Below, piece by piece: positions 1 through 8,055 of a stretch of DNA of 32,000 nt. How positions within the stretch are numbered: the stretch's first letter is position 1; each line of letters opens with the position of its first letter. A program made the translations under genes and the position numbers. The DNA lies in contig NW_008806275.1 of the NCBI RefSeq assembly GCF_000400465.1, positions 249,656 to 281,655 of the forward strand, in the 5' to 3' direction. Source of the stretch: Wallemia ichthyophaga EXF-994 (lineage: Eukaryota; Fungi; Basidiomycota). A model generated the notes under the pieces. The model saw nothing but the letters and a program-made list of their open reading frames with translations. It did no database searches and was not told the origin of the DNA.

Positions 1-115
1 TTCGGCTGCTGGCTCGCAACTTTCTTTCTAAAAGCCTGGGCTTGAGCTTGCAATGACCTATTAAGGGCATCAATAAACCAATTTAATATGTATCTCGTTG
101 CTGTTAGATTTACAT
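1..115 (-). CDS. 5' fragment of a gene running off the window, N-terminus MSLQAQAQAFRKKVASQQP; possibly TFIIE beta subunit
   Basis: Start codon split by a 56-nt intron: AT(115-114) | gtaaat...taatag (113-58) | G TCA TTG CAA..., open to the window edge. The peptide resembles, from memory, the N-terminus of fungal Tfa2. Only 19 codons are visible. Confidence 0.3.
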
Positions 116-412
116 TTCTGCCAAAGATGATGATAGTCGAGGTGAAAGGGAGATAAGGCAGGGGTGGTTGGTTGATTACTGGATAGATTTATTTGGTCTA
201 CAGAATTTGAGTAGATGTCAGATTATTGAGGCCAACATTCATCTCTTACTCATCCACAGCCTTTGTCTTCCTCCTCTACGGCCACCACTACCACCCACTC
301 ATCCAGTCAGAATCAAATTGAAATTGTCCGTGTGGTTATACAATACACATTTGTTAATTTAGAGAATCATTTTGTTCATTGGGATTTTAAGCGAGCGTGT
401 CCAACTGCTGTT

Positions 413-898
413 TCAATTGAAAAGACATGGATCGTATTTGCCAGAGGCGATAAACTTCTCCTTCTCCTCAGGAGTGTATCCACACTTGTCCTTTTGGACC
501 TGGCTTCCTTTCTCCTTGTTTCCACTTTCTGGCTCCTTTGGTGATTCTTTTTGATTTTCCTCTGGTTGCTTTGCTGGTGTTTCTTTTTTATTATCCTCTG
601 GCTGCTTGGATGGCTCAGATGATTCCTTGTTTTCATTACCTTCCTTCTTGCCTTCTTCTGGCTGCTTTGATTCGCCCTTGCTCTCCCCGTTGTTTGGGTA
701 GTTACCGGCACCCCAAAGGTCTTCGATCCACTGACCGCTTTGAATAGCTTTGTCAAGAGATCCGTTTTGGTCAGCACCACGCTTGACCTGGACATTGGTG
801 AGCACGCTTTTGCTTATTATTCAACATATACTCACCTCCATCTTGGCGGATGCGAGGACCGTTACTGCGAGAAGACCGACAATGTAAGTTAATTTCAT
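413..898 (-). CDS. Secreted Kex2-processed precursor 1 (about 145 aa), K/E/Q/P-rich
   Basis: Exon 1 898-836 (MKLTYIVGLLAVTVLASAKME, signal-peptide-like). Intron 835-788 (gtgagt...ctcac...ccag, 48 nt). Exon 2 787-413 is in frame with the ORF-track ORF and begins VKR|GADQ. Contains AIQSGQWIEDLWGAGNY, four [SAP]K[QE]PE[EDS]xxKE units and C-terminal FIASGKYDPCLFN. Confidence 0.8.
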
Positions 899-945
899 TG
901 CTCGATTGTAGTTGTAAGTAGAAGAGCAGTGGAAACTGATCTCCT

Positions 946-955
946 TTAAATAGCT
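946..955 (-). promoter_or_regulatory. TATA-like element AGCTATTTAA upstream of precursor gene 1
   Basis: Lies about 48 nt upstream of ATG 898. The identical 10-mer lies about 59 nt upstream of precursor gene 3 (5309-5318). Confidence 0.4.
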
Positions 956-1222
956 TAATATTTGGTAGATGCCGATTTTTTGTGGGATTTAATTTCCTTA
1001 GCCTTCCTTTTTTGGTTATCCGGCGAATTGAAGTATGTCTCACAAGACTAGATGCGTTCATACCTACCAGTATGGTAAGAGTTCTGCACAGCTGCGCCAC
1101 TGAGCAGTTGCTATTAAAGTTTAAGATAAGCTTTTAATAAAGTGTCTCTGCATCAATGTTTCAAAGGTAGCGTGAAAATATTAATGAAACGCAGTACGTT
1201 CTACAATGGTATGCGATGGTAT

Positions 1223-2651
1223 TTAGTGCTCTTCGTTGTGCATGTCTTTCTCGTCATGCTTGTTTTCCTTGTGGTCATCGTGCTCGTGTTTGTCGTCGTG
1301 GTGCTTGTGTTCACCTTTGTGTTCGCCCTTGTGGTTGATTGCCTCCTCGGAGTAGAGCTCTGGGTAGTACTCGCCGCTTGAATTGAGCTCTTTCTCCTCT
1401 TCGTGGGTCAAATGGTGGAAGTCAATGCGACCATCGTGCTGTACTGTGTGAGATAGTAAAGGTACTCAGACGCGCTACTAACCTCATCTCTGGTATGGAG
1501 AGATCTCTTGCCAGCGCCAAAACCTCTAGCACCAGCACCTCTGCTTTCGTGGTGTTTATGTTCATCGTGGCCGTGGTGCTTGTGTTCGCCCTTGTGGTTG
1601 ATAGCCTCCTCGGAGTAGAGCTCTGGGTAGTACTCGCCGCTTGAATTGAGCTCTTTCTCCTCATCGTGGGTCAAGTGGTGGAAGTCAATGCGACCATCGT
1701 GCTGTACTGTGTGAGATAGTAAAGGTACTCAGACGCGCTACTAACCTCATCTCTGGTATGGAGAGATCTCTTGCCAGCGCCAAAACCTCTAGCACCAGCA
1801 CCTCTGCTTTCGTGGTGTTTATGTTCATCGTGGCCGTGGTGCTTGTGTTCGCCCTTGTGGTTGATTGCCTCCTCAGAGTAGAGCTCTGGGTAGTACTCGC
1901 CGCTTGAATTGAGCTCTTTCTCCTCATCGTGGGTCAAGTGGTGGAAGTCAATGCGACCATCGTGCTGTACTGTGTGAGATAGTAAAGGTACTCAGACGCG
2001 CTACTAACCTCATCTCTGGTATGGAGAGATCTCTTGCCAGCGCCAAAACCTCTAGCACCAGCACCTCTGCTTTCGTGGTGTTTATGTTCATCGTGGCCGT
2101 GGTGCTTGTGTTCGCCCTTGTGGTTGATTGCCTCCTCAGAGTAGAGCTCTGGGTAGTACTCGCCGCTTGAATTGAGCTCTTTCTCCTCATCGTGGGTCAA
2201 GTGGTGGAAGTCAATGCGACCATCGTGCTGTACTGTGTGAGATAGTAAAGGTACTCAGACGCGCTACTAACCTCATCTCTGGTATGGAGAGATCTCTTGC
2301 CAGCGCCAAAACCTCTAGCACCAGCACCTCTGCTTTCGTGGTGTTTATGTTCATCGTGGCCGTGGTGCTTGTGTTCGCCCTTGTGGTTGATTGCCTCCTC
2401 AGAGTAGAGCTCTGGGTAGTACTCGCCGCTTGAATTGAGCTCTTTCTCCTCATCGTGGGTCAAGTGGTGGAAGTCAATGCGACCATCGTGCTGTACTGTG
2501 TGAGAGTCTAAAGACAAACAGCATAACAACCTACTTTATCTCTAACACGGAGAGCTCTCTTGCCGGCACCAAAACCTCTGACATCAAGAGGAGCAGCCGT
2601 AGAAACGGAGAGGACGGCAGCGACGACGAGGAGAGCGATTGATGATCTCAT
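1223..2651 (-). CDS. Secreted His-rich Kex2-processed repeat precursor 2 (about 402 aa, 6 exons)
   Basis: Exon 1 2651-2535 (MRSSIALLVVAAVLSVSTAAPLDVRGFGAGKRALRVRDK). Five 44-nt introns: 2534-2491, 2271-2228, 2008-1965, 1745-1702, 1482-1439. Four 219-nt exons each encode the same 73 aa (HDGRIDFHHLTHDEEKELNSSGEYYPELYSEEAINHKGEHKHHGHDEHKHHESRGAGARGFGAGKRSLHTRDE). Terminal exon 1438-1223. The repeat period 263 = 219 + 44, so splicing restores one open frame. Confidence 0.85.
1320..2505. repeat. Near-perfect tandem repeat, 263-bp unit, about 4.5 copies, each unit one exon plus one intron
   Basis: Identical 88-aa read-through ORFs end at 1408, 1671, 1934 and 2197 (period 263). Only a few substitutions separate the units, e.g. 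gatagcctcctcgga vs gattgcctcctcaga. Confidence 0.97.
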
Positions 2652-3037
2652 TGTTGCACGGTGTGTTGTGTTGTAGTATGAAAAGAAGCTTAAAATCCTA
2701 TTTAACTTGCTCGTGCATTCCCCACATTTTAGCGTCAAACTAATTTTTTTCATCTTCAAACATGCATGACTTGAGAGGTATGAATGTCTATCTACATCAT
2801 ATATTGTAGTCAGTTCATGAGATATCAATCAGTGAAAGTAAAGATCATATCGATTATGTCTTGAGGAATTCCAAACCGGTAGAGAACATTCTTAAGTTTA
2901 GAGAATAAAATTTATTAAGGATGCTTAGTACAAATACTCCAATTTAATTCAGTGTGTTGAGTGATCAAGAATGCGAGAAGAGACGAGTGAGAATTGAAGA
3001 AGTCAAGACATCTACCATTGTCCATAACCTATTAAGC

Positions 3038-5250
3038 TTATTGTTGTTGCTGCTGCTGAATTCTTTCCCGTTGGGTTTGGATAGATTGCTGGAGCTGCTC
3101 TTGCTGGTATTGTTGTTGCTCCTTCTCCCAAGCAGTTTCTCTCTTCCATTGAGCTTGACCTTGACCTTTGCCGTGTTCGTAGTTCTCTTCACCCCATAAG
3201 CATTCGAGGTATTGACCAGATTGGACAGCGTGTTCAATCTCTTCATGGCTCATGTGGCAGTGGTTATCGCCATGACCGCCTTTCTCGCCGTGACCATGCT
3301 CGCGACCATGTTCTTCACCGTGGCCGTGGTCGTGACCGTGACCATGCTTTTGCTCTTGCTCATGTCTCTTCCATTGACCTTGAACTTGACCTTGACCTTG
3401 AACTTGACCTTGACCTTGAACTTGACCTTGACCTTGAACTTGACCTTGACCTTGAACTTGACCTTGACCTTGAACTTGACCTTGACCTTGAACTTGACCT
3501 TGACCTTGAACTTGACCTTGACCTTGAACTTGACCTTGACCTTGAACTTGACCTTGACCTTGAACTTGACCTTGACCTTGAACTTGACCTTGACCTTGAA
3601 CTTGACCTTGACCTTGAACTTGACCTTGACCTTGAACTACCTTGCTCGTGACCATCGCCACGCTTGTGGTGATCATGGTGATCATCGCCTTGGTGAGCTT
3701 GCTGGTGTTCTTGTTGTTGGATACGTTCACGTTGGGTTTGGATAGATTGCTGGAGCTGCTCTTGCTGGTATTGTTGTTGCTCCTTCTCCCAAGCAGTTTC
3801 TCTCTTCCATTGAGCTTGACCTTGACCTTTGCCGTGTTCGTAGTTCTCTTCACCCCATAAGCATTCGAGGTATTGACCAGATTGGACAGCGTGTTCAATC
3901 TCTTCATGGCTCATGTGGCAGTGGTTATCGCCATGACCGCCTTTCTCACCGTGACCGTGTGTGTCACCATGCTCGCGACCGTGACCTTGCTCGTGACCAT
4001 CGCCACGCTTGTGGTGATCATGGTGATCATCGCCTTGGTGAGCTTGCTGGTGTTCTTGTTGTTGGATACGTTCACGTTGGGTTTGGATAGATTGCTGGAG
4101 CTGCTCTTGCTGGTATTGTTGTTGCTCCTTCTCCCAAGCAGTTTCTCTCTTCCATTGAGCTTGACCTTGACCTTTGCCGTGTTCGTAGTTCTCTTCACCC
4201 CATAAGCACTCGAGGTATTGACCAGATTGGACGGCGTGTTCAATCTCTTCATGGCTCATGTGGCAGTGGTTATCGCCATGACCGCCTTTCTCGCCGTGAC
4301 CATGCTCGCGACCATGTTCTTCACCGTGGCCGTAGTCGTGACCATGACCCTCAACTTGCTCGTGACCGTGACCACCGCCGCGTTTGTGGTGATCATGATG
4401 ATCATCGCCTTGGTGAGCTTGCTGTTGTTGCTGCTGCTGAATTCTTTCACGTTGGGTTTGGATAGATTGCTGGAGCTGCTCTTGCTGGTATTGTTGTTGC
4501 TCCTTCTCCCAAGCAGTTTCTCTCTTCCATTGAGCTTGACCTTGACCTTTGCCGTGTTCGTAGTTCTCTTCACCCCATAAGCATTCGAGGTATTGACCAG
4601 ATTGGACAGCGTGTTCAATCTCTTCATGGCTCATGTGGCAGTGGTTATCGCCATGACCGCCTTTCTCACCGTGACCGTGTTTGTCACCATGCTCGCGACC
4701 GTGGCCTTGCTCGTGTCTGTGCTCTTCACCGTGGCCATTTCCCTGTCCGAATCCTGAGCGTCTACCGTGCTCGCGATCCTCTTGCTCCTTCTTGTGCTCA
4801 ACGACGGCGTGCTTCTTTGCTTCAAAGTCATCTTGACGCTTGTGGTGGCCTTCGTGACCGCCGTGGACATCGGCTGCAGTGATTCTGTGACCGTGACCAT
4901 CTTCACCACCATGTGGACCAGCTGGTGATCCAATAGGGCCTCCGTGGCCGTGGAAAGGTGCCTTATTGCCCTGCTATAAGCGTGTTAGATGGTTGTGCAG
5001 ATAGTAAGACACCACCCACCATTTCGCCGTGGCCGTGTTGCTGCTCTTCGTGACGCTTTCCTTTAGCGCCCTTTGAAGGTGCAGCTTTGGTTGCTTTTCC
5101 GCCGCCTTTACCCATGTTCTCCATGCCTTGGAGTCCCTTGGTGAGCGGGTCGGTGACTTTCTGGATGAGGCCGCGTTGCTCAAGTGGAGCAGCTGTGGAG
5201 GCTGAGAGAATAGATGCGACGAGAGCGATGAGTGTGATTGAGAACCTCAT
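3038..5250 (-). CDS. Secreted His/Gln/Gly-rich Kex2-processed repeat precursor 3; frameshift at about 3638
   Basis: Exon 1 5250-5020 (MRFSITLIALVASILSASTAAPLEQR...KGKR|HEEQQHGHGEM). Intron 5019-4974 (gtgggt...ctaac...tag). Exon 2 from 4973 is in frame with ORF 3360..4634. Four copies of HCHMSHEEIEHAVQSGQYLECLWGEENYEHGKGQGQAQWKR|ETAWEKEQQQ...; the fourth lies in another frame (stop at 3038). As sequenced it gives about 614 aa ending in an RS tail (stop 3360), or about 720 aa if the frame is restored. Confidence 0.8.
3040..4700. repeat. Four long coding repeat units (about 345-375 bp) within precursor 3
   Basis: Homologous positions at 4627, 4252, 3907 and 3246 (spacings 375, 345, 661). The 661 spacing is not a multiple of 3 and includes the minisatellite. 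Confidence 0.95.
3374..3637. repeat. 18-nt minisatellite (GTTCAAGGTCAAGGTCAA on the minus strand), about 15 copies, encoding VQGQGQ
   Basis: gaac recurs every 18 nt from 3382-3385 to 3634-3637 (252 nt = 14 periods). The array is perfect. Confidence 0.98.
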
Positions 5251-5308
5251 TGTTTAGTTGTGTAGGAGAGATGTGAGTGATAGTGAATCAACGAGGACAG
5301 CAGCCAGC

Positions 5309-5318
5309 TTAAATAGCT
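5309..5318 (-). promoter_or_regulatory. TATA-like element AGCTATTTAA upstream of precursor gene 3
   Basis: Identical to the 10-mer upstream of precursor gene 1, at a similar distance from the ATG. Confidence 0.4.
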
Positions 5319-5549
5319 AATCTTAGTTGACACATACCAGCTTCACATTTCTTGTTGAAATTCCAATCGCGCTGCGTTTCTTGATTTGACAGACATGGTG
5401 GTTGGAATGCAAGGGACGTGTGGCGGTGAGAAGGCGTGATGAGCAATAAGTCAGCAACAAAATCGTGGGTTTTACTGTCTCCACCTGGCTCACCACGCTC
5501 ACACCACTCAATCCCTTCCCCCGGTGTCACCAGATAACAGTGCTGCCTA

Positions 5550-5566
5550 ATGACGTAATGACGTAA
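5550..5566. promoter_or_regulatory. Two overlapping CRE/ATF-like sites (ATGACGTAATGACGTAA)
   Basis: ATGACGT occurs twice in tandem in the divergent intergenic region. It matches the known ATF/CREB-type site (the S. pombe Atf1-Pcr1 M26 heptamer). Function is not shown. Confidence 0.35.
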
Positions 5567-5721
5567 TGAGATATGCGCGACAAGGCATTTCATCCACCCC
5601 AACGGAAGGCATGAGGGGAAGTAGGCATGAGGGAGAGAATGCTGGTTACCAGAAACGATAAACCTGAGTTTTGAACGACGACGATAGGTTGGTCAGTAGA
5701 GTACAAAGCAATAACACAGCA

Positions 5722-6712
5722 ATGTCTTTACTTTCGAGAGCCGCTGAAATGCTACCAGTGAGTTTTGATCTGCTAAAAAGTACCGATTAGGCGTCTGACA
5801 AGTGGACATTAGAGCGCATTGTCAACGCCCTCAAACACATCAAACTCACCGCAACCACACAAACCCAATGACGGTATCACTAATGGCGTTATAGCGGCTG
5901 TGACTATCGCATCCGTTATCCTCGTCGCTGCACTGCTCGCTATCATCACCTACGTTATCCGCACACGCAGGGACATAATGGAAGAACGCAAGTCGACGCG
6001 TTTTGCCAATTCGGTCGGTAAGAGGAATGTCTCACCCACGCTTGAGAGTGCTAGGGCCAAGCTGCGTGAGAAGCTGTCGATAGATGTTCCAATAAGCAGA
6101 TCTAACACCACGTCTTCATTCGGCGACAAAGATAAAGATAAGGATGGCATCAGCGTTAGTGAAAGCTACGACGAAGAAGCAGATTTCGGCAACTGGAGGG
6201 AATCTGCACCACAACTGCTGCGTGGGTTTAGTAGCAACTCGGAGACCTACACGAAGCGTCAATCTACAGCACCTTCGGCAACCTCACCAATATCACCATT
6301 CTCAGAGAAGAAGACTGGTTCATTCATTTTCCCGCCAATGCCATCGACACCGACATACATTGACGATCTACCTCAATCACCACTTGAAAGCCCCACGGCA
6401 GACGTCCGCACGGTGAAACTGGCATTCATGCCGACCATGTCGGACGAGATAGCAGTGGTGACGGGCGACACAGTACTCCTTCTCAAAGAGTGGGACGACG
6501 GGTGGGCATACGTTGTCAAGCTGAATAAGGAGGGCGAATTCAAAGAAGAGGGAGTAATCCCGCTCGAAAGCCTAGTCGACAACTCACCACAGTCGCGTAA
6601 CTTTGCACAAAGTGTTAAGCAGATACCCTCGAGAATGTCGCTGGTCAAACCATCTAAATCGAGCATTGGCTCGCGCAGAAGCGGCGTGAGGAACAGCAGC
6701 ATTAGGGTATGA
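5722..6712 (+). CDS. Single-pass membrane protein with cytoplasmic SH3 domain (Fus1-like architecture)
   Basis: Exon 1 5722-5757 (MSLLSRAAEMLP), intron 5758-5812 (gtgagt...ctgac...tag), exon 2 in frame with ORF 5819..6712. TM segment GVIAAVTIASVILVAALLAIITYVI is followed by RTRR. SH3 motifs AFMPTMSDEIAV, EWDDGWAY and GVIPLESL. Confidence 0.8.
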
Positions 6713-6962
6713 ATGTTAGTCAGCAAGCACATTACCAACAAAATGGACACTACTAAGATATCACTCTCACTTGATCCCTGGAGGAACCTCTATCTCTTCT
6801 ATATTCAATCTCACTGGCCTTTTCTACACCGACTAATACACTCCACGTTCGTTTAATTTCGTTGTATCATATGCGAATAACATTTATACTTTGTGATGAA
6901 TGACGAGTGATTGAGTGATATAAGTTGAGTTGAGTTGATTTTCAAGATGAATGCAAAATCCA

Positions 6963-7912
6963 CTAGTTAGATTCGAGTAAAAAGACACTAGTGGCGACGT
7001 TTTGAATGCTAAGAGGGTCGCTTGACTGTGTGGGCTGATAAGTGGGGTAAACGACGAGGCCATCGTCGCTGAGGCGCCAGTTGAGTTTTTTGAGGACTGT
7101 AGCGGGGATTGGTTGAGTGAGTGAATAAGTGAGTGCACAAAGCAAAAACTCACCACCGACGAGCTCTTTCTGCCCCACAAACCATCCAACACTCTCACCG
7201 ACCGTGGTCAAAGGCAGAGCTGAGCAAGTTTTAGCCAAAACGTTCAAAATTCTCGAGAAAGTGGAATCCTGCAATGCTCCTACCGCGTCGGCAAAGACGC
7301 GCGTAGTAGACTCGTTGATGAGTGGTGCATAGCCATCCACTTTCACTTCCATCTCTTTCTTCAACTGAGACAATGCCTTGAGCGCGTCTGTGTAGCATCT
7401 GGCGGAGTAGTGATGCGCAACGATGCGGAGCCCTTCGATTGCCCCCGCTTTTTGCGCAGACGGTGAAGCAGGTGCTGGGCATCTATCCAAAGTATTCAGC
7501 GCCACTGGACTGTGTGCAACTTGAGAATCAAGGATTTCGCGCTACAAAACACGAAGACTCACACTTCACTCTCTGCCATAAGTTGAGCTAGTGCCCCAAA
7601 TGCATGAACGCCTTCCCACAGTGCATCTTGGGCGGATACAGCGTATACAGTCTCTATTGTGAATGCTGCATGGGAGAGTGCACCCCAGTGGGAATGGCGC
7701 GCTAGATCGAGCAGCGAAGCGAACGGTGAAGCCAGTGGACTATCCTCAGTAATGTTGTTTCCAGTCCCACTACCACCCACGGGAGATGGCGCAGCAGGTG
7801 TCACTGGCCCTGCTTCAAGAGGCGACTGCTGCGGCGAGTTGGCGCGTGAGAGCGCAGGCGTCGGCGGAATTAACCCGGGTACAGTTGTAGCTGATATCTC
7901 TGTGTCGTCCAT
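6963..7912 (-). CDS. PCI-domain protein, likely COP9 signalosome subunit 8-like
   Basis: ATG 7912 (MDDTEIS...), with introns at about 7560-7510 and about 7150-7100 (gtgagt...cag). ILNVLAKTCSALPLTTVGESVGW and C-terminal IQNVATSVFLLESN resemble, from memory, the CSN8/PSMD8/eIF3K pattern. Confidence 0.5.
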
Positions 7913-8055
7913 TATCTTTTTTTGGTTTGTGCAATGATGGGTGTTTGTGATAACGAGATAGATGGCGCAATGACATGATGAGACGATAACGATAACGCAG
8001 TAATGCAAGTGCAGTCTATCAATGCTATCTAATAAAGTTACAATTAAAGTATTCA

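Noticed and set aside
1320-2505. 263-bp direct repeats as a CRISPR array or transposon/LTR repeats
   Set aside because: There are no unique spacers, cas genes, terminal inverted repeats or target-site duplications. The context is eukaryotic, and the units are fully explained as coding exon plus intron.
1408-2529. Four separate 88-aa small genes (MTHDEEKEL...)
   Set aside because: They start at TTG, lack signal peptides and are read-through of introns. Splicing joins them into one gene.
3360-3640. SR splicing-factor-like RS domain protein
   Set aside because: There is no RRM, the protein has a secretion signal, and the RS tract is the alternative frame of the VQGQGQ minisatellite. It is kept only as a frameshift observation.
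2954-4580. Plus-strand Leu/Val/Thr-rich 'membrane protein' ORFs (2954, 3212, 3642, 3873, 4218; also 1142..1381)
   Set aside because: These are antisense shadows of His/Gln/Glu/Lys codons in the minus-strand repeat genes and mirror their periodicity.
413-5250. Dikaritin/ustiloxin-type or MSDIN/borosin RiPP biosynthetic cluster
   Set aside because: No DUF3328/UstYa oxidase, tyrosinase, prolyl oligopeptidase or N-methyltransferase fusion is recognisable in the window, and the repeats are much longer than typical cores. Genes left of the window cannot be seen.
413-5250. Hydrophobin cluster
   Set aside because: None of the three proteins has the eight-cysteine pattern.
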